Of a stretch of 64,000 nucleotides of DNA, positions 10,112 through 21,006 are shown in pieces. The position numbers and the translations under genes are program-made. Source of the DNA: Candidatus Binatia bacterium (GTDB taxonomy: Bacteria > Desulfobacterota > Binatia > UBA9968 > JAJDTQ01); NCBI GenBank assembly GCA_963666515.2, contig OY762897.2, positions 2,592,001 through 2,656,000 of the forward strand, written 5' to 3'. Within the stretch, counting starts at the first letter, position 1. The number at the start of each line of letters is the position of its first letter. The notes beneath the pieces were generated by a model, which did no database searches, was not told the origin of the DNA, and saw only the letters and a list, made by a program, of their open reading frames with translations.

Positions 10112-11239
10112 ATAGCGGGCTCCACAACGACATTTGAGCGGCGGGGGATCGTTGAAGGCTTCTTCGGTCCCCCGTGGAGCATGGCGCACCGCGCGGCGAT
10201 GTTCGCGTTCGGCGCCGCGCGCGGCATGAACACCTACCTCTACGCGCCCAAGGACGATCCCTACCACCGGGAGCGCTGGCAGCTTCCCTACCCCGAGCCG
10301 GAGTGGCGCGAGCTGTGCCAGCTCATTGACTCGGCCCAGACCCACGGCATCGACTTCGTCTACGGCTTTCATCCCGGCAAGGACCTGTGCTTTGGCGCCG
10401 CCGAACCGGTGCGCATCCTGCTCGACAAGGCCGCGCGGCTTCACGACCGGGGCGTGCGCACCTTCGCGGTGCTGTTCGACGACATCCCGTCGCATCTCAC
10501 GGACGCCGGAGACGTGCGGAAGTTCGACGGCAGCCTGGCCAAGGCGGAGTCGTTGTGGCTGGAGGCGGTGCTGGAAGCGCAGCCCGGGGACTGGGAGGTG
10601 GAGTGGTGGTTCTGTCCCTCGTACTATACGCCCGACCCGCTGCTGGCCCGGATGTTCGGCGAGTTCGAGCCCGGCTTCCCCGAGACCGTGGGGCAGTACC
10701 TGCCGGCGCCCGTGGCCTGCTTCTGGACCGGCCCCAAGGTGGTGCCCGATACCGTCACCCTGGACCACATGGCGGAGATGAGCGACAGGATGGGGCACCG
10801 GCTGCTGTTCTGGGACAACTACCCGGTGAACGACCTCACCATGGCCGAAGAGATGCACATCGGACCCCTCACCGGCCGGGACCCGCGGCTGCCGGAGCGG
10901 GTGCACGCGCACCTGGCCAACCCGCTCTTGCAGGAGGAGCTGAGCTTCGCCCCGCTGGCCACCTGCTTCGACTATGCGCGGGACCCCGGAGCCTACGACC
11001 CGGAGAGGAGCTGGGCTACGGTCGTGATGGAGCGGTTCGGCGAGGACGGTCTGGATCACTGGCGGGCGCTCCGGCTGTTCTGCGAACGGGACACGGACAG
11101 CGCCGGGACGGCGACGTTTTCGGAGGCGGAACGCGCCCCGCTGAGAGCCGCCCGCGACTACCTGCTGGCCCACCGGAGCGAAGGATGGTGCCGGGAATTC
11201 GAGCCGTGGCGACAGAAATTGGAACGCGCGCTCGGGTAG
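10112..11239 (+). CDS. GH84 beta-N-acetylglucosaminidase (O-GlcNAcase/hyaluronidase family), no signal peptide
   Basis: RGIVEGFFGPPW lies upstream of and in frame with the ATG at 10181; YLYAPKDDPYHR, catalytic FDDI and WDNYPVND motifs; true start uncertain. Confidence 0.85.
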   Translation: MAGSTTTFERRGIVEGFFGPPWSMAHRAAMFAFGAARGMNTYLYAPKDDPYHRERWQLPYPEPEWRELCQLIDSAQTHGIDFVYGFHPGKDLCFGAAEPVRILLDKAARLHDRGVRTFAVLFDDIPSHLTDAGDVRKFDGSLAKAESLWLEAVLEAQPGDWEVEWWFCPSYYTPDPLLARMFGEFEPGFPETVGQYLPAPVACFWTGPKVVPDTVTLDHMAEMSDRMGHRLLFWDNYPVNDLTMAEEMHIGPLTGRDPRLPERVHAHLANPLLQEELSFAPLATCFDYARDPGAYDPERSWATVVMERFGEDGLDHWRALRLFCERDTDSAGTATFSEAERAPLRAARDYLLAHRSEGWCREFEPWRQKLERALG

Positions 11240-11244
11240 GAAAC

Positions 11245-11318
11245 CGGTAAGGCGACCTGCGGTCGCCCTTACCGTCGGCACGACGCGATAACCTGTAGGG
11301 GCGACCCGCGGTCGCCCT
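11245..11318. repeat. Two GTAG-type REP-like palindromes
   Basis: cggtaaggcgacc-tgc-ggtcgcccttaccg and gtaggggcgacccgcggtcgccc; the latter recurs exactly, inverted, at 18478-18500. Confidence 0.75.
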
Positions 11319-11340
11319 AGCGGAATCCACCTTGGCAACC

Positions 11341-12645
11341 ATGGAAGACAAGACCGTAACCACCCGTGAGATACTCGACACCCTGAACGAGGTCCGCTCC
11401 CGGACCCTGGGCCTCGTGGAGGACCTGTCCGGCGAGCAGCTCACGGTGCCCATGCTGAACATCGTTAATCCCCCGCTCTGGGAAATCGGGCACGTCTCGT
11501 GGTTCCACGAACGGTGGACGTTGCGCCACCTGCGAGGCCGCGACCCCATCATGTCCAACGGCGACGAACTGTACGACTCCGCGGCCGTGCACCACGACAC
11601 CCGCTGGGTGCTGGCCCTGCCTCCGTTCAAGGAAACCCTCGCCTATAAGGAACACGTGCTGCGGCAAATCACTGATGCGCTGCCCGCCGAGCGGCTGAGC
11701 CCGGAGGAAACCTACTTCCACAAGCTGGTGGCCTTCCACGAGGACATGCACGCGGAGGCCATGACCTACACGCGCCAGACCCTGGGCTATCCCCCGCCGC
11801 CGTTCATGGGCGAGCCGAGGGCCGTGTCCGGCGGCCCCTGTCCCGGCGACGTGGAGGTCGCGGGCGGCGAGTTCATTCTCGGCGGCACGCCCGACCTTCC
11901 CTTCGTCTTCGACAACGAGAAATGGGGATACCCCGTGACCGTGGCGCCCTACCGCATCGCCCGCGCCCCGGTGACCAACGGGGAGTTCGCCGCGTTCGCG
12001 GACGACAGCGGCTACGAGGACCGGCGGTGGTGGAGCGACGAGGGCTGGAGCTGGCGGCAGGCAGAGGACGCGGCGCATCCTGTGTACTGGAAGCGCGAGT
12101 CCCCCGGCCGGTGGCTGGAGCGGATCTTCGACCGGTGGGGGCCGCTTCAGGCCGAGCTGCCGGTGATCCACGTCAACTGGTACGAGGCCGAGGCGTATTG
12201 CCGCTGGGCCGGGCGGCGGCTGGCGACCGAGGCGGAGTGGGAGATGGCCGCGGCCGTGGACTCCGCCGGAGGCACGGACGCCGGAGCCGCCAAGCGCGGC
12301 TACCCGTGGGGCGAAACCCCGCCCGACACTGCCCACGGCAACCTCGACTGGGCCGCCGGAGGCCGGTTGCCCGTGGACGCGCTTTCGGCCGGCGACAGCG
12401 CCGCGGGCTGCCGGCAAATGATCGGCAACGTCTGGGAGTGGACGGCCGACGCCTTCCACCCCTACCCGGGTTTCGTACGGGACCCCTACAAGGAATACTC
12501 GGAGCCCTGGTTCGGCGACCGCAAGGTGCTGCGCGGAGGCTGCTGGGCCACCCGCTCCCACCTGATCCGCAACACCTGGCGAAACTTCTTCACCCCGGAC
12601 CGGCGCGACGTGCTAGCCGGCTTCCGCACCTGCGCGCGGGACTAA
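11341..12645 (+). CDS. senA: Selenoneine synthase SenA (EgtB-like DinB + FGE-sulfatase domains)
   Basis: LWEIGHVSWFHERW, HEDMHAE iron ligands, GNVWEWT, VLRGGCWAT; directly upstream of senB. Confidence 0.85.
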   Translation: MEDKTVTTREILDTLNEVRSRTLGLVEDLSGEQLTVPMLNIVNPPLWEIGHVSWFHERWTLRHLRGRDPIMSNGDELYDSAAVHHDTRWVLALPPFKETLAYKEHVLRQITDALPAERLSPEETYFHKLVAFHEDMHAEAMTYTRQTLGYPPPPFMGEPRAVSGGPCPGDVEVAGGEFILGGTPDLPFVFDNEKWGYPVTVAPYRIARAPVTNGEFAAFADDSGYEDRRWWSDEGWSWRQAEDAAHPVYWKRESPGRWLERIFDRWGPLQAELPVIHVNWYEAEAYCRWAGRRLATEAEWEMAAAVDSAGGTDAGAAKRGYPWGETPPDTAHGNLDWAAGGRLPVDALSAGDSAAGCRQMIGNVWEWTADAFHPYPGFVRDPYKEYSEPWFGDRKVLRGGCWATRSHLIRNTWRNFFTPDRRDVLAGFRTCARD

Positions 12646-12666
12646 CCGGAGATCGGAAGGCCACTT

Positions 12667-13647
12667 TTGGCAAGCAGGAAAACCGGCACCGCCAGAATCG
12701 CGCTGGTAACTCCCGCCGGACCCACCCCGCGCACGGGCAACCGCATCTCAGGCAACCGGTGGGCGCGAATCCTGCGCGCCTCGGGACACCGTGTCACCGC
12801 CCTGGACCGCTATGAGCGCGAGCGTTGCGACCTGCTGATCGCGCTCCACGCACGCCGCAGTCATCCGTCCATCCGGCAGTTCCACGAGTTGCACCCGGAC
12901 AAGCCGATCGTCGTGGTGCTGACCGGCACCGACCTCTACCGCGACATCCACGAAGACGAGGACTCGCGAGAGTCCCTACGATTGGCTACCCGCCTGGTGG
13001 TGCTGCAACGCAAGGGTCTGGACGAACTGTCACCGGAACTGCACGAGAAGACCCGGGTCATCTACCAGTCCGCGCCAGCCCGCCCCGGACGCCCCGGCGA
13101 GCGCCACAGGCAGTTTACGGTTACCGCGGTGGGCCACATGCGCCCCGAGAAGGATCCGTTCCGGACCGCAATGGCAGTGCGCTCGCTGCCGCGCGCGTCC
13201 CGGATCCAGGTGGTGCACATCGGCGCCGCATTGGGCGACAGCTTCCTGCGTCGCGCCGAGCGAGAGGCCGAGCGCAACCCGCGCTACCGTTGGCTGGGCG
13301 ACCTGCCCCACTGGAAGACGCGGCAACTCCTGGCCAACAGCCACCTCACGTCCATCACCTCACGAATGGAAGGCAGTTCCAACGTCCTGTGCGAAGCGCT
13401 GGCCTCCGGCGTCCCCGTGGCCGCGTCCCGGATCTCCGGCTTGATCGGCACCCTGGGCGACGACTATCCCGGCTACTATGACCTCGGCGACACCGCCGGG
13501 CTCAAGCGCCTGCTGCTCCGCGCCGAGAACGACCCGGCCTTCTACGAAAGCCTGGCGCGGCACTGCACCGAAGTCGCGCCGCTGGTGAACCCTGACCGGG
13601 AAATCCGGACTTGGCAGGGGTTGGTTCGTGAGGTGTCCACCGGTTAA
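12667..13647 (+). CDS. senB: Selenosugar synthase SenB glycosyltransferase
   Basis: GNRISGNRWARIL, LIALHARRSH, VLTGTDLYRDI, GHMRPEKDP and SRMEGSSNV motifs typical of SenB. Confidence 0.88.
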   Translation: MASRKTGTARIALVTPAGPTPRTGNRISGNRWARILRASGHRVTALDRYERERCDLLIALHARRSHPSIRQFHELHPDKPIVVVLTGTDLYRDIHEDEDSRESLRLATRLVVLQRKGLDELSPELHEKTRVIYQSAPARPGRPGERHRQFTVTAVGHMRPEKDPFRTAMAVRSLPRASRIQVVHIGAALGDSFLRRAEREAERNPRYRWLGDLPHWKTRQLLANSHLTSITSRMEGSSNVLCEALASGVPVAASRISGLIGTLGDDYPGYYDLGDTAGLKRLLLRAENDPAFYESLARHCTEVAPLVNPDREIRTWQGLVREVSTG

Positions 13648-13673
13648 CGCACCCGGTACGGTGCATCTATCCC

Positions 13674-13690
13674 CTCTCCCAGAGGGAGAG
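13674..13690. terminator. Short hairpin between convergent senB and lysJ
   Basis: ctctccc-aga-gggagag. Confidence 0.4.
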
Positions 13691-13701
13691 AAAGTCCGCC
13701 A

Positions 13702-14861
<1,160 letters not shown>

Positions 14862-14865
<4 letters not shown>

Positions 14866-15653
14866 TGGATCACCGTTCCTTTCCCCGCCAGGGCGTCCCG
14901 CACCGGATGCTCGGTGCGGCCGTCGCTCATGATGACCTTTTCCGCGCCCTCCTCGAAGAGCTTCCGTAGCGCAAGCATCTTGCGCTTCATGCGCCCCTCC
15001 ACCTGGGCTTCCCGCTGCTCCAGCTCCCCGGCGCGGATCTCGGGGACCACGGTGCTCTCGTCGTCCTTGTCGGCGAGAAAGCCGGGGGCCTCGATGAGCT
15101 GGAGCACCACCTCGGCGTGGAAGGCGGCCTGGAGCACGTTGATGATGTCGTCGTTCTCCGAGTTGATGGCGGTGTGGCGCTCGTCGATGATGGGGATCGA
15201 CAGCACCGGCGCATAGCCGCCGTCAAGCAGCAACTGGAACAGCTCCTTGTTGGCGCTCCGGGGCTTGCCCGAGAAGTCTCGGACGATGAGGGTCTTGCCG
15301 TTCCTGCGCACCCGGATGCCCTTGTTGCGCTGCCCCTGGATGGCGCGCCCGTCGATGCCGGAAAGGCCCACGGCGTTGACGCCGTTTTGTTGCAGCAACT
15401 CCACGATGCGCTTGTTCTGCACGCCCGCGTACCCCATCAGGATGGCGTCGATGGCGTCCTTGTCCGACAGCACGCTGGTGTACCCCGACACCGAGGTGAC
15501 CACCTGGGTCGGGTTGCCCAGCTTCGCCGCGATGCCGTCGCGCACCGCGTTGGCGCCGTGCACCACGATGAAAGGGTCGGACAACGCCGCCAGATCCTCG
15601 GCGATGCCGGGCAGGTTGATGTCGCTGCCGCCGCCGATCTTCACCAGGATCAT
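14862..15653 (-). CDS. lysZ: [LysW]-aminoadipate kinase
   Basis: MILVKIGG, VVHGAN, GRMKRK and ALAGKGTVI motifs; cluster context. Confidence 0.92.
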
Positions 15654-15724
15654 CGCAGGTGCTCCACACGAGGAGATCGTTCCATGTCAGTTCCGCCTGA
15701 TTTTCCCATCTTGACGAGAATCAT
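15650..15724 (-). other. 24-codon junction mini-ORF (lysZ-like start, hydrolase-like end)
   Basis: MILVKMGKSGGTDMERSPRVEHLR*, with ATGA overlaps at both ends. Confidence 0.6.
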
Positions 15725-16359
15725 CGAAGCCGGTCCACCGTGTCGTTGGCGATGATGCGCCACGCGCCGTGCTCCGGCACGGTCTCGGAGCTCACCGTGA
15801 AGCCGCCGATGTCCTCACGGGCGCGAAGCCTGAAGTACTCCGGTTGCTCGTTGTAGAACGATCCCACGTAGACGTTCTCCGGGTCGGCGATGATCATGTT
15901 CATGGCCCTGACGTAGCGCGTCCTGCGGACGATGACGTCCATCCCCTTGCGCATGGCCGCGGCCATGTCGCCCTTGTCGAAACGCTTGACGAAGTTGAAC
16001 ACCTTCTCCGCGCCGATGCGTCCCTCCGCGGTGATGCGCACGCCGCGCAGCTCGCCGTTGAACGCGAACACGTAGCGGTCGTCATAGAACGGCATGTTGT
16101 TCTCCACCACGATGTTCTCATCGCGGAACGCGCTGCGGGCGTGGCCCACCAGCAGCGTGGTGGCGCCGAACTGCTCCAGGTCGTCCTCCCATATGGGCTT
16201 GATGTCGTGATAGACCCTCCACGCACCGTCAACGAGGTAGGCGCAGCCCCAGCCGTGGCCTTGGTATTCCGGGCTGTTCCGAGCGATGCCGGCGAGATCG
16301 GACAGGCGTTCGCCTATGTCGAAGGGCTCGCGGTTCTTGACGCACAGCAGGCGGCACAT
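15721..16359 (-). CDS. Class II glutamine amidotransferase-fold (Ntn) hydrolase, EgtC/YafJ/Dug3-like
   Basis: MCRLL (Cys2 nucleophile), GHGWG, GHARSA, NNMPF and FAFNG motifs. Confidence 0.85.
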   Translation of the reverse strand: MCRLLCVKNREPFDIGERLSDLAGIARNSPEYQGHGWGCAYLVDGAWRVYHDIKPIWEDDLEQFGATTLLVGHARSAFRDENIVVENNMPFYDDRYVFAFNGELRGVRITAEGRIGAEKVFNFVKRFDKGDMAAAMRKGMDVIVRRTRYVRAMNMIIADPENVYVGSFYNEQPEYFRLRAREDIGGFTVSSETVPEHGAWRIIANDTVDRLR

Positions 16360-16371
16360 GGCACTTGCCCG

Positions 16372-17418
16372 CTACGGGTGTAGCCCCGGGAATTCGAGGC
16401 CCTCGGTCTCCTCGAAGCCGTTCATGAGGTTGAACGCCTGGACCGCCTGCCCGGCGGCGCCCTTCATGAGGTTGTCCAGGGCACTGAGGACCACCAGCCG
16501 GTCCGATCCCTTCTCCTTCTGAAAGCCGATGTCGCAGTAGTTGGTGCCGCTCAGCAGCTTGGGCTCGGGGTAGCGGTAGATGCCGTCGGCTTCCTTGACG
16601 ATGCGGATGAAGGGCTCGTTGCCGTAGGCCTCGCGGTAGAGTTTCCACACGTCCTTCTCTTCCAGCGGCTCGCGCAGGAAAAGGTGGCAGGTGGCCAGCA
16701 CGCCCCGCACCATCTCGATGGAGGTGGCGGAGAAATACACGCGGATGGCCTCTCCGAAGCCCAGCTCCTGGTAGATCTCTGCGCAGTGGCGGTGCATCGT
16801 GGGCATGAACGAACGTACCGCACCGCTCCGCTCCGGGTGGTGCGACGCGTCGCTGGCGGCGTTGCCGCCCTCGCTGGAGCCCACCTTCACTTCCACCACC
16901 GTGCGCTCGGAATCCGCCAACCCCTTCCTGAAGAACGGGTAGACGCCCAGGATCGTGGCGGTGGCGTTGCAGCCGGCGCCGGTGACGAGGCTCGCGCCCC
17001 GGATTTCCTCCCGGTGCAGCTCCGGGACGCCGTAGACGAACTCCTTCATGAGCTCCGGGCGCTGGTGCGGCTTGCCGTACCAGCGTTCGTACTCGCCGGC
17101 ATCGTTCAGCCGGAAGTCAGCGCTCAGGTCCACCAGTTTCGGCGCCAACCCCCTAAACGAATCGATGCGCTCCATGGTCTGGCCGTGGGGCAGGCACAGG
17201 AACAAGAGGTCGCACGGCTTCAACTCGTCCATCTTGCAGAACTTGAGCTGGGTGCGCTTGCGCAGGTTGGGATGGGCCTTGAAGGCGAACTTGCCGGCGA
17301 AGCGCTCCGAAGTGACCTCGCACACCTCCACCTGCGGGTGGCCGAGCAGCAGGCGCAACAGCTCCCCGCCGGTGTAGCCGGACGCGCCGACGATGGAGAC
17401 CTTCAGCTTCTCCGTCAC
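16372..17418 (-). CDS. lysY: [LysW]-aminoadipyl-phosphate reductase (ArgC family)
   Basis: GTG start overlapping the lysX stop; [23 protein letters not shown] and [14 protein letters not shown] motifs. Confidence 0.92.
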   Translation of the reverse strand: MTEKLKVSIVGASGYTGGELLRLLLGHPQVEVCEVTSERFAGKFAFKAHPNLRKRTQLKFCKMDELKPCDLLFLCLPHGQTMERIDSFRGLAPKLVDLSADFRLNDAGEYERWYGKPHQRPELMKEFVYGVPELHREEIRGASLVTGAGCNATATILGVYPFFRKGLADSERTVVEVKVGSSEGGNAASDASHHPERSGAVRSFMPTMHRHCAEIYQELGFGEAIRVYFSATSIEMVRGVLATCHLFLREPLEEKDVWKLYREAYGNEPFIRIVKEADGIYRYPEPKLLSGTNYCDIGFQKEKGSDRLVVLSALDNLMKGAAGQAVQAFNLMNGFEETEGLEFPGLHP

Positions 17419-18287
17419 GCCGCGCCCCTGCGCTCCTGTTCCTCCCGGCCCACCCTGAGCACGTGCTCGACCACGAGGCCGGGGATGTTGACGCCGGTGG
17501 TGTCGATGCTGTTGCGGAACTCCATGGTGTAGTTCACCTCGTTGACCAGAAGGCCCTCGGGGGTCTCGAAGAGGTCCACGGCGACGATGCCGCCTCCCAC
17601 GGCGCGGCACGCACGCACGGAGAGGTCCCGCAACTCGTCCGTCACCGGACAGTTCTCGGCGCGCCCGCCGCGTGCCGTGTTGGTGATCCAGTGGTCGCTG
17701 TAGCGGTAGATGGCGGCGATGCACTCGTCGCCGATGACGAAGCTGCGGATGTCGCGCCCGGTCTTCTCGACGTACTGCTGGATGTAGAAGATGGAGTGAT
17801 GGTAGCTCCCCAGGATCGCCTTGTGCTCCAGGATCGTCTCGGCGGCGTCGCGGTCGTTGACCTTGGACAGGAGCCGGCCCCAGGAGCCCACCGCGGGCTT
17901 GAGCACCACCGGGTAGCCCATCTCCTCGATGGCCTCCAGGGTGGAGTCCTCGGTGAAGGCGATGCGCACCTCGGGCTGGGGCACGCCGTGCTCCTGCAGG
18001 TGCACCGAGGTGAGGATCTTGTCGCCGCACACGGTGGCCACACCTGAAGAATTGACGCAGCGCACGCCGGCGCTCTCGAACAGACGAAGGCCGTGCAGCG
18101 CACGCGAGTGGTTGATGCACCGCTCCAGCAGCACGTCCAGGTCGAACTCGTCCCTGCCCAGGTTGAACGAGAGTTTGCGGTCGTCGATCATTTGAAGCTC
18201 GACGCCGGGATGCTTCCGGAACTCCTTGATCAGGAGCTTTTCTTCGGGCCGGACCAGTGAATGCAGCAGACCGATCTTCAAGCTCAT
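17415..18287 (-). CDS. lysX: Alpha-aminoadipate--LysW ligase (ATP-grasp)
   Basis: [25 protein letters not shown] and [11 protein letters not shown], LysX-type rather than ArgX-type signatures. Confidence 0.93.
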   Translation of the reverse strand: MSLKIGLLHSLVRPEEKLLIKEFRKHPGVELQMIDDRKLSFNLGRDEFDLDVLLERCINHSRALHGLRLFESAGVRCVNSSGVATVCGDKILTSVHLQEHGVPQPEVRIAFTEDSTLEAIEEMGYPVVLKPAVGSWGRLLSKVNDRDAAETILEHKAILGSYHHSIFYIQQYVEKTGRDIRSFVIGDECIAAIYRYSDHWITNTARGGRAENCPVTDELRDLSVRACRAVGGGIVAVDLFETPEGLLVNEVNYTMEFRNSIDTTGVNIPGLVVEHVLRVGREEQERRGAA

Positions 18288-18448
18288 TCCCCCCAGTCTT
18301 CCTCTTCCGAGGGCGCCTCTTCCACCTCCGGCGGATCGAGGCTGGTGACCTCCAGCTCGGTGCCGCAGTCGGCGCAGGCGATCAGCTCGCCCTCCACCGC
18401 GTCATCCTCCAACTCGAATTCCGCTCCGCAAACCGGACATTCAACCAT
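18284..18448 (-). CDS. lysW: Amino-group carrier protein LysW
   Basis: Translated by hand: [54 protein letters not shown] (54 aa, two CxxC, C-terminal EDWGE); GGAGG RBS. Confidence 0.97.
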   Translation of the reverse strand: MVECPVCGAEFELEDDAVEGELIACADCGTELEVTSLDPPEVEEAPSEEEDWGE

Positions 18449-18477
18449 CGGCGGATACCTCCTCGTGATCGTTCAGT

Positions 18478-18500
18478 GGGCGACCGCGGGTCGCCCCTAC
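18478..18500. repeat. GTAG-type REP-like palindrome
   Basis: Reverse complement identical to 11295-11317. Confidence 0.75.
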
Positions 18501-18533
18501 GCCTGCATCTTCGCCGACTCTTTGTGAGACAGT

Positions 18534-19913
18534 TTACGGCAGCACGGCCTTCGCGACCGTGGTGATGGCGTTCCGCAAGATTGCAACGATCTCGTCGATC
18601 TGCTCTTTCGTGATTACCAGCGGCGGGCACACGGCCAGCGCGTGGGTGCCGCACACCCGCAGCAAGAGGCCGTTGGCGAGGCACTCGTCGTAGACCTGCC
18701 GGGGAACCTGCTGCTCCACCGCGAAGGACTCACGGGTCTGCTTGTCCTTCACCATCTCCACCGCGGCGATGAGTCCCTTGCCGCGCACCTGGCCCACCAT
18801 GGGCAGTTCCGACAGCGCCGCCAGCCGCTGCTGCATGTAGGCGCCCACCTCCGCCGCCCGCTCCACCAGCCGCTCCCGCTCGATGATGTCGAGGTTGGCC
18901 AGCGCCGCGGCGCACACCACCGGATGTCCGGTGTAGGTGTAGCCGTGGTAGAACGCGTCGTCGGCCTTGGCCAGCAGCGTCTGGAATATCTCTTCCCGGA
19001 ACAGCATGGCGCCCATCGGCAGGTAGCCGCTGGTGATGCCCTTGGCGGTGACCAGCACGTCCGGCGTGACGCCCTCGCCCGCGCACGCGAACAGGCTGCC
19101 GGTGCGCCCGAAACCGGTGATCACCTCGTCGCAGACCATCAGGATACCGTGCCGGTCGCAGATCTCCCGAATCCTGGCGAGCCAGCCCTCCGGCGGCACG
19201 ATGACGCCGCCCACCCCTTGCACGGGCTCGGCCACGAAAGCCGCGATGGCGTCCGCGCCCTCCCGCTCCACCAAGCGCTCCAGCTCGTCGGCGCAGGCAA
19301 GCCCACAGTCCGGCCAGATCTTGCCCAGCTCGCAGCGGTAGCAATGAGGCCGGGGCATGTGGTGCACGCCGGGCAGGCCCGGCTCCATCTGCCGGTTGAA
19401 CAGCGGGATGCCGGTGAGCATGGCGGCGCCGCTGGAGGAGCCGTGATAGCCCTGGTTCAGAGTGACGAACTGCGTGCGCCCGGGCTGGCCCTTGGCTTTC
19501 CAGTAGGACCGCACCAGCCGGATCATGCTCTCGTTGGTCTCCGAACCGCCGGAGGTGAACACCACCCGGGTCAGCCCTTCGGGCGCCATCTCGGCGAGCC
19601 TCGACGCCAGCCGGACGGTGGGCTCGGAGGTGGGCCCGATGAGCGTGGGCGCGTAGGCCAGGCGGTCCATCTGCTCCGCCACCGCGCGGCTGATCTCCTT
19701 CCGGCCGTGACCCACATGGACGTTCCAGAGGGTCGAGAGGCCGTCGATGTAGCGCTTGCCGAGGGAGTCCCAGAAATAGACCCCCTCCGCCCTGACGAAA
19801 ACCGGCAACCCGTCCTTCTGATGCTTCGACAGCGGCACGAAGCCGTGGACCAGGTGGTCCCGGTCGGCACGGCTCATGGCCGCGGCGCGTTCGAGGTCGA
19901 GAGGTTCGCTCAC
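18534..19913 (-). CDS. Class III (omega-amino acid) aminotransferase
   Basis: GTG start overlapping upstream stop; [37 protein letters not shown] and HGYTYTGHP motifs. Confidence 0.92.
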   Translation of the reverse strand: MSEPLDLERAAAMSRADRDHLVHGFVPLSKHQKDGLPVFVRAEGVYFWDSLGKRYIDGLSTLWNVHVGHGRKEISRAVAEQMDRLAYAPTLIGPTSEPTVRLASRLAEMAPEGLTRVVFTSGGSETNESMIRLVRSYWKAKGQPGRTQFVTLNQGYHGSSSGAAMLTGIPLFNRQMEPGLPGVHHMPRPHCYRCELGKIWPDCGLACADELERLVEREGADAIAAFVAEPVQGVGGVIVPPEGWLARIREICDRHGILMVCDEVITGFGRTGSLFACAGEGVTPDVLVTAKGITSGYLPMGAMLFREEIFQTLLAKADDAFYHGYTYTGHPVVCAAALANLDIIERERLVERAAEVGAYMQQRLAALSELPMVGQVRGKGLIAAVEMVKDKQTRESFAVEQQVPRQVYDECLANGLLLRVCGTHALAVCPPLVITKEQIDEIVAILRNAITTVAKAVLP

Positions 19914-20953
19914 AGTCCGTAGTAGCGCTTGGGGTTGTCGCACAGGATCTTCTTGCGCAGGCCGGGGCTCACGTCCTCGCGGGCGAAGAAGTCCGGCAGA
20001 TCGTGGAAGAAGTCCGCGCGCGCCCGCTCGTGGGGGTAGTCCGAGGCCCACAGCACCTGGTCGCCGCCGAGCCGCTCCAGCACGTAGGGCAGCGCCTTCT
20101 CGTCCACCTCGCAGGTGAAGAAGATGTTGCCGCCGCGGATGATGTCGCTGGGGCGCTGCTTCACCGCCAGGGCGCGGCCGCGCCGCTCCCAGTTCTCGTC
20201 CAGCGCGTCCATCATGAACGGCACCCAGCCGGTGCCGCACTCCAGGTAGGCCACACGCAGGTCGGGAAAGCGGTCGTACACGCCGGCGTTGATCATGCTC
20301 ATGATCTGCACCATCTGCGGCATGGCGTGCTCCAGCGGGCGCGCCTCCGCCAGACTGTCGAACATGTCCAGCAGGCCGGAGGCCGGGCCGCCGTGCACCG
20401 CCAGAGGACAGTCCAGCCGTTGGGCTTCCGCGTAGAGGGGATCGAAGCGGCTGCCTCCGAGGCCCTCCTGCGGCGCCATCACCGACGGGATCACGCCCGC
20501 CACCATGCCCAGATCCTCCACGCAACGGCGCAACTCCGCCACCGCGGCGTCGATGTCCTGCACCGGCAGCAGCGCCACGCCCTTGAGCCGGTCCGACTGG
20601 CGCCCGAAGCAATCGTACAGCCAGTCGTTGTAGGCCTGGGCTACGGCCACGGCCCAGCCCTTGTTGCGGATCTGTCCGTGAAACAGCGCGTTGCTGGGAT
20701 AGAGGATGGTCTGGTCGATCTTCGACTCGTCGAGGAAGCTCAACCAGTTGGCCGCGTCCGGCACCTCGGCCTTGTGGCGCGACGACATGCCGCGCATCCA
20801 GCCGTCGGTCAACGGAAAGAAATAGTACTCGCGCGTCCAGTCCTTCTCGTTCCAGGGAGCCGGCAGATAGTGGCGCAGGTCCTTGTCCTGATCCACCACG
20901 TGGCCGTCGGCGTCGATGATATCGTGCTGCTGCTCCATCGGAAACTGATCCAT
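19910..20953 (-). CDS. Amidohydrolase family protein (Amidohydro_2)
   Basis: IIDADGHV, YDRFPDLRVAYLE and WASDYPH motifs. Confidence 0.9.
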   Translation of the reverse strand: MDQFPMEQQHDIIDADGHVVDQDKDLRHYLPAPWNEKDWTREYYFFPLTDGWMRGMSSRHKAEVPDAANWLSFLDESKIDQTILYPSNALFHGQIRNKGWAVAVAQAYNDWLYDCFGRQSDRLKGVALLPVQDIDAAVAELRRCVEDLGMVAGVIPSVMAPQEGLGGSRFDPLYAEAQRLDCPLAVHGGPASGLLDMFDSLAEARPLEHAMPQMVQIMSMINAGVYDRFPDLRVAYLECGTGWVPFMMDALDENWERRGRALAVKQRPSDIIRGGNIFFTCEVDEKALPYVLERLGGDQVLWASDYPHERARADFFHDLPDFFAREDVSPGLRKKILCDNPKRYYGL

Positions 20954-21006
20954 GGGAGACCTCCGTTAACGGAATCCGTATTGGCGCCGGGGCGAGCTGC
21001 CGCGCC

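Noticed and set aside
11341-12645. Annotating this gene as ergothioneine egtB
   Set aside because: The adjacent SenB and absence of egtD nearby favour SenA
16372-20612. Apparent long fusions in the ORF track (582 aa lysY, 692 aa aminotransferase; likewise the 758 aa ORF ending in the phosphatase)
   Set aside because: The N-terminal extensions overlap other real genes; true starts are the downstream GTG/ATG codons
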